From IMG/VR virus record IMGVR_UViG_3300037010_001573, positions 128,001-161,676 of that record: a stretch of DNA of 33,676 nt. One strand, given 5' to 3'. The translations under genes and the position numbers were made by a program. This document shows, piece after piece, positions 1-9,902 of the stretch (positions within the stretch are counted from its first letter, which is position 1; every line of letters begins with the position of its first letter). The DNA comes from a virus. Its lineage: Duplodnaviria; Heunggongvirae; Uroviricota; Caudoviricetes. The notes beneath the pieces were generated by a model that worked only from the letters and a program-made list of their open reading frames with translations, made no database searches and was not told where the DNA came from.

Positions 1-778
1 ATTCTTCTTTAATAACTTGTTTTTCTAAAATATCTTGATATGTCTTGCTAGAAATGGTATTATATTTAAAACAATCCCGACATTGGACCTGTATACGAGG
101 TATCCCTGTAGAAGTATAACGAGTAGTAGCTAATTTTAAATTAGTTGAACTACATTCAGGGCAACATGATTTCTCTCCAGTATGAATAGCACCATGGTGT
201 GCTTTATTAGGAAAATGGTCTGATAGACGAGAATATATCTTTTCAAGAATAATAACATCATTTTTACAATATTCTACCATATCTCTTAATAAATCACTAT
301 CATTATTTAATACAATGTCTTTCCATAAACCGAAACCACCTGTTTCAGTTTTTTCACCTAATCCTAAAAATCGAGCAATATAATCTAAACGATTACTGTT
401 AAAACGAAATTTAGTACGAGCATGATATAAAGTATCTATTGTTGTGTATTTAGGAAACATTGGTATTTTATGAAATAAACAACGTGTTCTAATCCATGGT
501 AGATCAAATTTATCACCATTATGCCCTATCATTTCATGAGATTCATTTGCTATTTCAACAAATTTTTCTAACATCGATTTATCATTTTGATGTTCATCCC
601 ATGTTAAAGAATATACCTTTTTATCCCCCTCCCACTTATAACAAATACAAATTATAGCTCGTTCTTTAATGATGTTATCGTATGGAACATTTAATTTATA
701 ACCGGCCTGCCAAAAAAACCCAATATTAGGACTTGTTTCTATATCAAAAAACAGTCTTTTTCTTTTTATTTTATTCAT
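1..778 (-). CDS. DEDDy 3'-5' exonuclease (RNase_H_2/YprB-like) with C-terminal Zn ribbon; runs off the window edge
   Basis: Not in the ORF track. Manual translation from ATG 778: MNKIKRKRLFFDIETSP (ExoI), IGHNGDKFDLPWI (ExoII), EYCKNDV (ExoIII), then CPEC...CRDC. No stop before position 1. Confidence 0.85.
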   Translation of the reverse strand, partial: MNKIKRKRLFFDIETSPNIGFFWQAGYKLNVPYDNIIKERAIICICYKWEGDKKVYSLTWDEHQNDKSMLEKFVEIANESHEMIGHNGDKFDLPWIRTRCLFHKIPMFPKYTTIDTLYHARTKFRFNSNRLDYIARFLGLGEKTETGGFGLWKDIVLNNDSDLLRDMVEYCKNDVIILEKIYSRLSDHFPNKAHHGAIHTGEKSCCPECSSTNLKLATTRYTSTGIPRIQVQCRDCFKYNTISSKTYQDILEKQVIKEE

Positions 779-799
779 AATATTTTAATAAAATTATTT

Positions 800-830
800 T
801 TAATTTAAAAAGGATACCCTAGGTATCCTA
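800..830 (-). terminator. Intrinsic terminator overlapping a variant early-type promoter
   Basis: - strand AGGATACC-TAG-GGTATCCT followed by TTTT just after the 839 stop. The same bases read TAGG-N15-TTTTTA, the spacing of the early promoter. Confidence 0.65.
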
Positions 831-838
831 ATTTGTTT

Positions 839-1321
839 TTAAAGTTCTTCATCTCCAACCGGAGGTGGTGCTGCTGCTTCTCCTTTAACAGGTGTTAAGT
901 TTTGATTAGCTAAGTCTTCTGGTGATAAGTTTGCGTTTATAGGCCCATATTGAAGTAAAGTAGATAATGATTTAGTCGCTCGTTCACGTTCTTGAAGAGA
1001 AAGTAAATCATATTTCATACCTGATATTTGTGCTATAAAATCTTTAGTATTCCATATTAAAGTAAAAAATTGTTTATTAGGTAATACAATCTTAAAAGTA
1101 GTAGGTTTTGGAGATACCCACAATATATCGCTAACAAATAATCTAAATTGAGATGTTAATAATTTTTCCAATGTTTGACGTAATTCCGGAAAACGTTCTA
1201 ACATTATATTCATAGGTGATCTAGGATCTCCTTTATAACCAACATTATTCGTCTTTTGTAAACTCTGACGTACTTTGCCTCTTATGAAATCCTCCAATTC
1301 TTTTTTAGTTTTGAATTTCAT
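839..1321 (-). CDS. Hypothetical phage protein (possible virion/head protein)
   Basis: 160-aa ORF with a 1-nt stop/start overlap with the upstream gene and an amphipathic N-terminus (KKELEDFIRGKVRQSL). Confidence 0.7.
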   Translation of the reverse strand: MKFKTKKELEDFIRGKVRQSLQKTNNVGYKGDPRSPMNIMLERFPELRQTLEKLLTSQFRLFVSDILWVSPKPTTFKIVLPNKQFFTLIWNTKDFIAQISGMKYDLLSLQERERATKSLSTLLQYGPINANLSPEDLANQNLTPVKGEAAAPPPVGDEEL

Positions 1322-1548
1322 TATTTACTTTTTAATATATTCTCTAAATAAAAATCTTTAGTAGGACCTATCTCGTTTCCTCGTTCATATTCTAACTTGC
1401 TTTGAATACTTGTTAATATATCTAAAACTTTATCTAAACCTTCTATTATTTCAGGTGATTGTTCTACTCCAAAATCTAACAAATTATTTACTTTTGTTAG
1501 GGTGCTATTAATCAAATTAATAGTGCTATTTAATTCTTCTCCTTTCAT
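1321..1548 (-). CDS. Hypothetical protein
   Basis: 75-aa ORF with a late-type ATATTTATA motif 14 nt upstream. Confidence 0.65.
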   Translation of the reverse strand: MKGEELNSTINLINSTLTKVNNLLDFGVEQSPEIIEGLDKVLDILTSIQSKLEYERGNEIGPTKDFYLENILKSK

Positions 1549-1561
1549 AGGTGTTATTTAT

Positions 1562-1570
1562 TATAAATAT
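1562..1570 (-). promoter_or_regulatory. Putative late promoter ATATTTATA
   Basis: The same motif lies upstream of eight gene starts (see findings). Confidence 0.55.
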
Positions 1571-1573
1571 TTA

Positions 1574-2578
1574 TTATAAATCAGATAAACCTGTATCATC
1601 TTTTCTTAAATCAGATTGAATATCTCTCATAGTTCCAGATGCCCATCTTTTTTGTTCATTGGTTAATTCACCATTAATTGCATTTTCAACGAAAGATATA
1701 AAATCATCTTCATCTAATTTGTATATGTCGGTAAATAACAATTCACGAACTCTATCATCATTTATATTACTGTCGGCATATATGTTATTAATAGCATCAT
1801 AGATAAATTTACCATATTGTAAATCATGTGGTTCATTTGATAATTTGTCTACAGCATTAACTATAGATTTATTCTTTTCTTTATCGGTTCCAAACCCTTC
1901 AGTACCAACGATTTCATATAAACCTTTCACAATTTCATGTACTAACATAGGAAAACAAATAGCACGAGCTTTAATCACAAACTGTTCATTTTCCTCGTCA
2001 TATTCCATTTGACTAGAACCACCAGGCATGTTTTGCCCTTGGGCAATCATTGATAACATTAATGCTATTGCGTCTTCATTATCATATATACCGAATGAAA
2101 GTTTTAATATTTCGTTATATTTTTCAACTAAACTATCATCCAAAGCATCAAGATATTCCCTAAATAACATAAAAGCAAAAGCACCTCTGATAGAAGCCCC
2201 TTGAGTAATACCATTTATAATACGACGTTTAGCCCTAGCTTTTTCTTCTGTTTCTTCACCACTATCTTCTTCAGGTTCATCATTTATCTTTAAGTCACCC
2301 ATTGTTACTATTTTGGCATCAATTCTTATATCAGCATAATCTATAATAGGATAAGCATCAACTACCATTTCAGATGCTATAATTTCCAATTCATTATGAT
2401 ATGAACTTTCTGCTTGTATTATTTCTGGAATAAGTTTAGAAGATCTAGTCATTGTCTGTAAAAGATCTTTATTTCCTAACATTTGACGTAATGAACTACT
2501 AGATTGTCCTTTTAATTTAGCAATAGTTTCAGGACGGAATATTTGTTCGTAATCAACTTCTAATAATGTTTTTTTCAT
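1574..2578 (-). CDS. Hypothetical protein with FPMLVHEIVKG motif (probable head-associated protein)
   Basis: 334-aa acidic ORF with N-terminal MKKTLLE and an HExxK motif. Confidence 0.75.
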   Translation of the reverse strand: MKKTLLEVDYEQIFRPETIAKLKGQSSSSLRQMLGNKDLLQTMTRSSKLIPEIIQAESSYHNELEIIASEMVVDAYPIIDYADIRIDAKIVTMGDLKINDEPEEDSGEETEEKARAKRRIINGITQGASIRGAFAFMLFREYLDALDDSLVEKYNEILKLSFGIYDNEDAIALMLSMIAQGQNMPGGSSQMEYDEENEQFVIKARAICFPMLVHEIVKGLYEIVGTEGFGTDKEKNKSIVNAVDKLSNEPHDLQYGKFIYDAINNIYADSNINDDRVRELLFTDIYKLDEDDFISFVENAINGELTNEQKRWASGTMRDIQSDLRKDDTGLSDL

Positions 2579-2824
2579 TTATTTTTTAGATTTTTTAAAA
2601 CGATCTATTATTTTATCAATAATAGCTTGTTCATTTTCACTTAGATTTTTAGGACGAGGATCAACATTAGGATTTCCTATTCTACGACGTTTCTTTTCTT
2701 TTTCTTCTTCTGTATCTGGTTTAGTAATAGTTTCTCTATCAGGGTAAGAAGGAGCGGGTTGATTTTCTGATAATTTTCGTTTAACAGATTCTCTAACTAA
2801 AGATTTAAATTGGCTTATTTTCAT
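2579..2824 (-). CDS. Small probable internal head protein
   Basis: MKISQFKSLVRESVKRKLSE leader, two LSE sites, coupled to its neighbours. Confidence 0.65.
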   Translation of the reverse strand: MKISQFKSLVRESVKRKLSENQPAPSYPDRETITKPDTEEEKEKKRRRIGNPNVDPRPKNLSENEQAIIDKIIDRFKKSKK

Positions 2825-5478
2825 TATTTATTATTTTTATTGTAATTTTTTATTTCATCTATCATGTGTGGGTTGTCTTTTAAATGTAATTTAACTAAAG
2901 ACTTTCTCAAACCTTCCGCTAAATTTTGATTTCTTAGAAACTGCATCAATTCAGAAGGAGAATTCAAAAAATGAGACCCATCATGTGTTATAATATAATT
3001 TCTGTTTCCAGGTTGTATATTAATAGATGCTATATTCTCTCCATTATTTAAACGAATAATATATATTTTACTAGGACCTATATTTATAACTCGTCTAACA
3101 ACACCACTACCCGTCATAATATTATCTCTTCTAGAAGCTCCCCTATCCCCATTTGTAGAAGTAGCAACAGCGTCATTAACAGCTAATCTTCTGAAATCAC
3201 CTCTAGGTAATGTCGTAAAACCACGTTCCAAACCCAAATCAGCAAAAGCCGCAGATACATTTACTTGACCTCTTTGTCTTTCTTGAGGTTCACGAGGTGT
3301 ATTCCCAACACCCGCCGGTCTACCTCTTCTACGTTCACCACCTAAAGGTTCATATACTCTTCCACCGGCTTCAGGAGGGGTTGGTGTGTTTTGAATTGGA
3401 GTTTGGTTTCCTATTAAACGGCGAGCAGCACTAACAGGGATATTAACTTTACCTATTTTACCAGATGGTAATAATTTATTACTATTTCTAGGATCTTGTG
3501 TGTTGATAATATACACATCTCCTTGATGTTCTATTATAACTCTATTATCAGATGGATTTATAACAAGATTAGGTAATAATAATATATTTTTCTTATAAGT
3601 ATATGAAGTATTAGAATTTTTTAATTTTTCTAAAAATACATTCCATAAAAGTGTTGTATTCTGACTTGCTAGATAATCAAAATATACTTGCATTGCCTTT
3701 TTACTAACACGACCAATAACCCTAGTTCCCCAATAAGCATCCGTATTGCCCCAAATAGGACATAAAAACATATTAGTATCTGGGTTATTAATAGTATTAC
3801 TTGAAGGCATAATAAAAATTTCACCATCTTCTCCTTCTGTTGTTGTATTTAATATAATACTAGAAACACCATCATTATTGAATTGTCTTTCTCTGATAGG
3901 TATTGTATTTAGTATATTAAAAAAACCAACTTTATCTAAATTTGTAGGAATTTGTCTTTTATTTTTTAAAATATCTAATACTGAATCTTGTAAAATACTG
4001 TTATCTTCTTGATTATTAAGTATATTTTGAACTTCTTCATCATTAAAAGAAAGAGATGTTATTCTATCTCCATTAATTTTATAAGCTGATAAATTCTTAA
4101 CATCTATTAAAATTTTTCCATTATCTGTATCATGTATTATATAATTAGAATTTTCTTCGTTTTCAGAATTAGTTATGATTTGTTGTAATATATTACCATC
4201 TATAACACCGTCTGTAGCTAATTTTATTAAAATTTTAAAAGGTATTTCATCCAATTCAGGATAATCTAATAAATATTTAGATGTTCTTTTAGTTAATTTA
4301 ACATTTTTAAAATCATCAAACTCAGTATAAATATCCATTGTTAAATCACCATCAACATTTAATTTTACTATGGCTTTACCGTCTTTAGTAAGAAAAATAT
4401 GTTCATTGTTTTTTAAAGTCCATTTATTTAACTTAGTTATAAGTTTTTTAGCTTCAAAAGAAACTATTTCGGATGATAATTTATCAACATTGATGGTATC
4501 CCTCATATTAGAAAATATAGATCTAGTATCCGAGTTAGAAAAATCTTCTAAATGATTTATTAAATCTTCACTAGATATTATACCATAATTAGTTGATATA
4601 AATGACGCAATTTGGGGGTATTTAGGTAAAAACTTAGATAAAAAAGCATCTACTGTTATATCACTAAATAGTGTTTTAGTTTTTCTTAAAACCAAATATT
4701 GTTCTTTAACATTATATGGAAGTTTAATCCATTCTCTAATTGAAATAGGATTTCCTGTTCTAAGTTGGGTTATCTTTTCAGCAGAAGATAATGGAATATA
4801 TTTGAAAACACTTTGTAACCCTCGTATAGAAGGAAAATGACTTTCAACAAAACTCCAAGGTTCCCATCTATCCCATTCTGTACCAGTACCACCAACATCA
4901 TTGTTTGTACGATCAGATACTTTATAAGTATTATCACTACCAACGACAACAACAAAAAAGCTTTTTCTAAAATCATCTGAATTTGAATCTCCTGGTCTTG
5001 GTTGTATATTTGTATCCTTTACTAAATAAAATGTACAGTTTTTTCTATTAACATCATAACGATAGTTATTAAAAGAACCTCTAGTAATACACCATTTTTC
5101 ACCTCGTCCAAAATTTAAACAATTTCCTTCATTGCTTCCGTTATATATAATAAGACCATTTTCGTTATAAACAACATCGGGTGTTATGCTTGCTGCTTCT
5201 GGTGCTTCCGCTCCTCTAGATGAAGTGATTAAACGAATTAATTGTGATAAAGAATAATTAAATAAATCTTTATCACTAATTTTAGGTGATGTTTTTAAAA
5301 CATCGAAACGTTCAATATATTTTTTTAATTGTTCGTCTGTGATGTTTATATTTAAATCTTCAGATTCTTCTTTAAATTTTTCAATAAGTCGAGCCATAAC
5401 AGAAGGGGAATAAGCCTCATTTAGCTTATATTCCCAATTATGGACAACATGTAATATAAATTTATTTATTGGTTTCAT
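2824..5478 (-). CDS. Large protein with a WC-motif (PcfJ-like) N-terminal domain and an AT-hook-like RGRP motif
   Basis: 884 aa; GRGEKWCITR...TFYLVKD, RRRGRPAG, KLNE near the N-terminus. Confidence 0.7.
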   Translation of the reverse strand: MKPINKFILHVVHNWEYKLNEAYSPSVMARLIEKFKEESEDLNINITDEQLKKYIERFDVLKTSPKISDKDLFNYSLSQLIRLITSSRGAEAPEAASITPDVVYNENGLIIYNGSNEGNCLNFGRGEKWCITRGSFNNYRYDVNRKNCTFYLVKDTNIQPRPGDSNSDDFRKSFFVVVVGSDNTYKVSDRTNNDVGGTGTEWDRWEPWSFVESHFPSIRGLQSVFKYIPLSSAEKITQLRTGNPISIREWIKLPYNVKEQYLVLRKTKTLFSDITVDAFLSKFLPKYPQIASFISTNYGIISSEDLINHLEDFSNSDTRSIFSNMRDTINVDKLSSEIVSFEAKKLITKLNKWTLKNNEHIFLTKDGKAIVKLNVDGDLTMDIYTEFDDFKNVKLTKRTSKYLLDYPELDEIPFKILIKLATDGVIDGNILQQIITNSENEENSNYIIHDTDNGKILIDVKNLSAYKINGDRITSLSFNDEEVQNILNNQEDNSILQDSVLDILKNKRQIPTNLDKVGFFNILNTIPIRERQFNNDGVSSIILNTTTEGEDGEIFIMPSSNTINNPDTNMFLCPIWGNTDAYWGTRVIGRVSKKAMQVYFDYLASQNTTLLWNVFLEKLKNSNTSYTYKKNILLLPNLVINPSDNRVIIEHQGDVYIINTQDPRNSNKLLPSGKIGKVNIPVSAARRLIGNQTPIQNTPTPPEAGGRVYEPLGGERRRGRPAGVGNTPREPQERQRGQVNVSAAFADLGLERGFTTLPRGDFRRLAVNDAVATSTNGDRGASRRDNIMTGSGVVRRVINIGPSKIYIIRLNNGENIASINIQPGNRNYIITHDGSHFLNSPSELMQFLRNQNLAEGLRKSLVKLHLKDNPHMIDEIKNYNKNNK

Positions 5479-5493
5479 TCAATGCTATTTATT

Positions 5494-6423
5494 TTATCTT
5501 TCAGATAATTTTCTGCGAATTATGCTTTTAATTCGTTCACGTAATGGTTGTCTGTTTTCATTAACATCTTGTGATTCTATTTCTTTTTCTTGAATTCTAT
5601 CTCTAATTTTTGTTAAAAATCTTTCAATATCATCATCTGGGATGTTTATAGCTTTATTTTTTATAAAAGTAGCAGTAAATTGGTCTAACGGAATAGCATT
5701 GGTAGATGTTCTTAAAGTTCTAGTAGCCATAGGACCATTTCCTGATGCTGAGTATGTATTTAAAGAAATATTATACCCACCATTTCCATCTTTATATATA
5801 GTAGCTTCAATATCTTCATTATATTTCCCATCAGGACGCACATTTGATACATAATTAGAACTAAATACACTTTCTTTGACTAAATTTTCAGGTACATCAA
5901 AGTGTGTTAATTTAACAAAAGCTGTAGAAATAGCAAATCTAAGTTTAGACTTATCTAAAGGTGATTCGAATTTATCAGGAAATGTTTTTACTAATTCATT
6001 GAATACAGTTTCTACTCTTTCTTCAGCTTTAATATTTGCTTTATCTATATTTGATTTATTTTCTTTCATTTGTGTTCTAGATGGGTTAGGAAAATTAAAA
6101 TTTCCACTTTTAGTTAAATGACCTTTTAAAACATAATAAGTTGTTCCTTTTATATTAACTGTATTACCAGATGATAATGATTTTTTAATAGCTCCTATTA
6201 ATTGAGATACTATCTGTTCACCTCCTATATTTTTAACAGTTTTATAAAATTCTTGTTTAAATTCTGAGCTAGATGCATGTTTTTCTAAATCATCATATAT
6301 TTTAGGAGATATATAAAGTTCACGTCCGTTGACAGATGATTTGGCACCAAATTTTTTTAATATATCAAACTGCTCAGGTGTGAATTGGTAATCTGTAGCT
6401 ATTTGTTTTGCTTCTTTTATCAT
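5494..6423 (-). CDS. Hypothetical multi-segment protein (probable internal head protein)
   Basis: 309 aa; late motif at 6438-6446; C-terminal LRERIKSIIRRKLSE helix. Confidence 0.7.
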   Translation of the reverse strand: MIKEAKQIATDYQFTPEQFDILKKFGAKSSVNGRELYISPKIYDDLEKHASSSEFKQEFYKTVKNIGGEQIVSQLIGAIKKSLSSGNTVNIKGTTYYVLKGHLTKSGNFNFPNPSRTQMKENKSNIDKANIKAEERVETVFNELVKTFPDKFESPLDKSKLRFAISTAFVKLTHFDVPENLVKESVFSSNYVSNVRPDGKYNEDIEATIYKDGNGGYNISLNTYSASGNGPMATRTLRTSTNAIPLDQFTATFIKNKAINIPDDDIERFLTKIRDRIQEKEIESQDVNENRQPLRERIKSIIRRKLSER

Positions 6424-6445
6424 AGTGTATTATTTGGTATAAATA

Positions 6446-7015
6446 TCAAACACCTGTGGCGTCTTTTATTTTTTGTATTTTATCTAATATTTCTTGTTTT
6501 ATTTTAACTTTATCTATACCATCTCCTACCCAATTCTGGATTGTGCCATCTTCCATAACATATGATTCATTTATAATATCATCAAGAAAATCATCTAGAC
6601 CGGATTCAGCACTTTCTGCAAAATATTTAGCATTTCCTAATATTATATTCCTTTCATATTCTTCATAAGTACCATTCATTCTGTGTTCATCTTCTATTTT
6701 AGCAACACATTTTAAACACATTTGATGAATACCATACATTCTTTTATCAAGATGATGGTTTAAGGGTTTAGAACAAGAAGGACACAATAAAGGAAGAGCA
6801 ATAGTATCTACTTTTCTAACATTACGTTTAATTCCATTTTTTACAGTCCATGTACGTCCATTATCTACCCATATTTCACCTTCATTATGGGTTTCATCTA
6901 TTTTACTATACCCAACAGACACTACTGTTTTATCGCCTTCTTTTTTTTGTATTAAATTTCTAACACGTTGTAAATCACGTTCAGTAAATTGTTTTTTTAA
7001 TTGAGTTTCGTTCAT
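6446..7015 (-). CDS. Zn-finger protein
   Basis: 189 aa with CPSC...CLKC. Confidence 0.75.
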   Translation of the reverse strand: MNETQLKKQFTERDLQRVRNLIQKKEGDKTVVSVGYSKIDETHNEGEIWVDNGRTWTVKNGIKRNVRKVDTIALPLLCPSCSKPLNHHLDKRMYGIHQMCLKCVAKIEDEHRMNGTYEEYERNIILGNAKYFAESAESGLDDFLDDIINESYVMEDGTIQNWVGDGIDKVKIKQEILDKIQKIKDATGV

Positions 7016-8016
7016 AATTTTGGTTTATTATGTATTAATATTATATTTTCACCCTCATTTATTTTAGATTCAAATGAATATTGTGGTGGTAGATTATTTT
7101 CAATAAAACGTTTAACTAAATTAAAACGTCTTTTATCTAAAGGTACTATATATATTGTTTTAAAAGAAGGAACACGTTTAATAAAATCTAAAGTGATAGC
7201 CATAACCGTAGCATTTATTTGAATCGGTTTTCCTTCTTGGGTATCTTCGAAATTATTTCCTAATCCTCTATTTGTAGTATGATATACCCTTTCATAAGAT
7301 TCATCTTCATCAGGTTTGAATGCTACTTTATATTCATTTTTATCTGTTTTGAAAGTGTATTCATTATATTTACCACCTTTATATTCAAAAGAAAGAGCAT
7401 TATTTAAATCATCACCTAATTCAGTAATCAAATGCTCAAACAAACTAGGTTTTGCTTGAGCAAAATTACGCATTATTATAGCAGCACGAGAGTTTGCTTC
7501 ATTTTCGATATCACTACCTGTTTGACCATCTCCTGGTTTCAAACGTCCTGTTAGGTCTTGTTTATAATGAACCAATTCATGAGCCAATGTTCTAAATATA
7601 TCAGCTGGATGTCTTTTGGCTATAACTATATTTATGGATTTAGTAGCGGGTTGATAACCACCCCATGATCTCATATCAATAGCGTCTTGTGAATTATTAG
7701 ACATATTAATAACAGGTAATGATTTTATTTTTAATTCATCTGTTATATGTTTTATAAATTCTTTAACTAAATCTTTATTTAAGGATGTTTTATTTTCGGT
7801 TAAATCTGCTTTTTTTAATTTTGTGTAGTATCTTGGGTTTTCAAATAAATGATCAAGAGCTACTCTAGTTGCTTTTTTAATATCACCACCGTGTTCTTTT
7901 AATTCAGTTGGGATACCTTTTTTAAGTTCTGTCTTTATGGTTTCTAAAGAAACATTATGTTTATCAGCAATTTTACGTGGGGTCATATGCCCCGAAATAT
8001 GTTTTTGTTCTTCCAT
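7012..8016 (-). CDS. DUF5661-like domain fused to a zincin metallopeptidase and a C-terminal domain
   Basis: N-terminal ELKKG..E..EH...A..VALDHL.ENP.YY. Central TLAHELVHYKQ (HExxH) with downstream ENEAN as candidate third ligand. Confidence 0.7.
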   Translation of the reverse strand: MEEQKHISGHMTPRKIADKHNVSLETIKTELKKGIPTELKEHGGDIKKATRVALDHLFENPRYYTKLKKADLTENKTSLNKDLVKEFIKHITDELKIKSLPVINMSNNSQDAIDMRSWGGYQPATKSINIVIAKRHPADIFRTLAHELVHYKQDLTGRLKPGDGQTGSDIENEANSRAAIIMRNFAQAKPSLFEHLITELGDDLNNALSFEYKGGKYNEYTFKTDKNEYKVAFKPDEDESYERVYHTTNRGLGNNFEDTQEGKPIQINATVMAITLDFIKRVPSFKTIYIVPLDKRRFNLVKRFIENNLPPQYSFESKINEGENIILIHNKPKL

Positions 8017-8041
8017 TATTCATATTATATAATATAAATAT

Positions 8042-8830
8042 TTATGAATCTATCTCAATTTTAACAGAAGTAGGTAATAATTCAGTTATTGGTTTTGAAT
8101 CTGGATTTTCTAAATTATGTATATCATATATTTTAAGAAACATATTAAAATTTTTACTAATATCCCCTATTTGTTTTAATTGCCATCCTTTACCTTGTAT
8201 TGTATCTCCTTTTCCTTCTGTACGAGTAGATGCTTTTAACCATAATATACCAGTTTCTTCAATAGGTTCTGTATGGTTTTCATTCCAAGCCATAGCGTAA
8301 GATGCTAATTGTAAATCATAAGAAGTATGTAATGAATTAGAAGTTTTAATATCCAATAACCATAGTTTATTTTTTATTTTAACTACCAAATCAGCAGTCC
8401 CGGCGTATTTATGTTTATCTGAGAATAAATGGTATTCTGTTGCTATAAGTTCAGGTTTGTGTTTATTCCAAAAATCAGCAAATTTTAAAATCATCTTCCA
8501 TACATCTAATGAATATTTAATTGTTCCATATTCATCTAACCATTTAATTTCATTACCATTTAAAAAATCTTCAATAGCATTGTGTACTTGTGTACCTTCA
8601 GCAGCAGCTTTATTTACAATAATTTCAGCATTATGCCCTACATCTTTTAACCAATCATGAAAAAATCTATTTTTAGGAAAATAATTTAAAATACTTGAAA
8701 CAGAAGGATAATATAAACCATCTCTTCTATAAAATCGTTGATCTAATACCGTTATTTGCTTAGAATCTGCGCTATATTCAACGATTCTTTTTATCTTGGG
8801 GTCTCTGATGACATTTAATCCTTTGTCCAT
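8042..8830 (-). CDS. PD-(D/E)XK exonuclease (RecB/Cas4-like phage family)
   Basis: YPSVSSIL, GTQVH, E...YAGTADL...DIKTS and QLASY motifs. Confidence 0.85.
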   Translation of the reverse strand: MDKGLNVIRDPKIKRIVEYSADSKQITVLDQRFYRRDGLYYPSVSSILNYFPKNRFFHDWLKDVGHNAEIIVNKAAAEGTQVHNAIEDFLNGNEIKWLDEYGTIKYSLDVWKMILKFADFWNKHKPELIATEYHLFSDKHKYAGTADLVVKIKNKLWLLDIKTSNSLHTSYDLQLASYAMAWNENHTEPIEETGILWLKASTRTEGKGDTIQGKGWQLKQIGDISKNFNMFLKIYDIHNLENPDSKPITELLPTSVKIEIDS

Positions 8831-9789
8831 TATATTAATTCTAATTTTTTATTTATAAGTGCTGAGAATGTAAGAGGTTCTGTATTCTCAATGTTTTCTA
8901 AAAATTTCTCGAATCCTATTTCATTTGCGTCTTTACCTCCAAGTTCTACTAAATATACTTCTTTACCATAAGATAATAATTTTTCACAATGTTTAATAGC
9001 TTCTTTTAAAGCATCATTATCAAGAGCAATGTATATTTTTTGTACTTGAGATCCTACTATTTTTTTCATTAATTGTTCTGATATATCTTTACCCAATAAA
9101 GGAATAACATTTCTTTTAATTGTTAAAGCATCGAATATACCTTCTACTAATATTATAGGAGCATTCCAATTAACATAATACTCAAAACCAATAATGTTTT
9201 TATTTATAGGTGGGTTTTTATATTTTTGAGGATCATCTGGTAAATAAGTTCTGGATATAAAATAATTAAGTTTTCCCTTATCATCATATGAAGGTATAAT
9301 TATTCTATGATCAAAGCTTCCACTAGGGCAAAACCCTATATTGTATTTTAAAATATCATCTTCATTTAACCCCCTGCGTTTTAAAAAAAGAGAAGCATGT
9401 TTAGACTCAATTGTTGTAATACTATCTAAAGAATGAAAATTATACAAAGGTATAAATTCTTTGGGTAATGAAATTAAATCTTGAGATTCTATTTGTTTTT
9501 TTCCTGGAATGATTAATTTATTTAATTCTTGAACCCTATGTGAAGGTGCTTTTGCTTGTTTAAATAAATTTAAAATTGTTTTTCCTTTAGCTCCACAAAC
9601 CCAACAATGCCAAGGATTTTCTTTTTTGTCATTTGTCTGAATTTGTATTTCTAATTTAGGTTTAGAATGATGACAAAAGGGACAGTGAAAAGCCGCATTG
9701 TTTCTTGCGGTAGATTTTCCCTTCCCTAATACTGTTTCTATAACTGTTATTAACATTTTTTCCTTTATTCCCTCTTCTATTTCTCCCAT
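8830..9789 (-). CDS. DnaG-type DNA primase
   Basis: Zn-binding CPFC...HCWVC; RIIIP...YFISR...KYKN; TOPRIM motifs VEGIFDA and ALDNDA. Confidence 0.92.
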   Translation of the reverse strand: MGEIEEGIKEKMLITVIETVLGKGKSTARNNAAFHCPFCHHSKPKLEIQIQTNDKKENPWHCWVCGAKGKTILNLFKQAKAPSHRVQELNKLIIPGKKQIESQDLISLPKEFIPLYNFHSLDSITTIESKHASLFLKRRGLNEDDILKYNIGFCPSGSFDHRIIIPSYDDKGKLNYFISRTYLPDDPQKYKNPPINKNIIGFEYYVNWNAPIILVEGIFDALTIKRNVIPLLGKDISEQLMKKIVGSQVQKIYIALDNDALKEAIKHCEKLLSYGKEVYLVELGGKDANEIGFEKFLENIENTEPLTFSALINKKLELI

Positions 9790-9822
9790 TTTTCTATTTT
9801 AATGTTTAAAAACTTAATGTTT

Positions 9823-9885
9823 AGAAGGTAATAAAAATTTCTGAGTTTTCCTAATTTATATAAGAAAACAATTTGAAATAACCAA
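9823..9885 (-). promoter_or_regulatory. Two tandem early-type promoters upstream of primase
   Basis: TTGG-N15-TTCTTA (9855-9885) and TAGG-AAAACTCAGAAATTT-TTATTACC (9823-9853). The latter nearly matches the 32136-32166 promoter. Confidence 0.6.
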
Positions 9886-9902
9886 ATGTTTTTTAAGAAA
9901 TC

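Noticed and set aside
8042-8830. Cas4/CRISPR system
   Set aside because: No Fe-S cysteine set, no other cas genes and no array. It fits an ordinary phage exonuclease.
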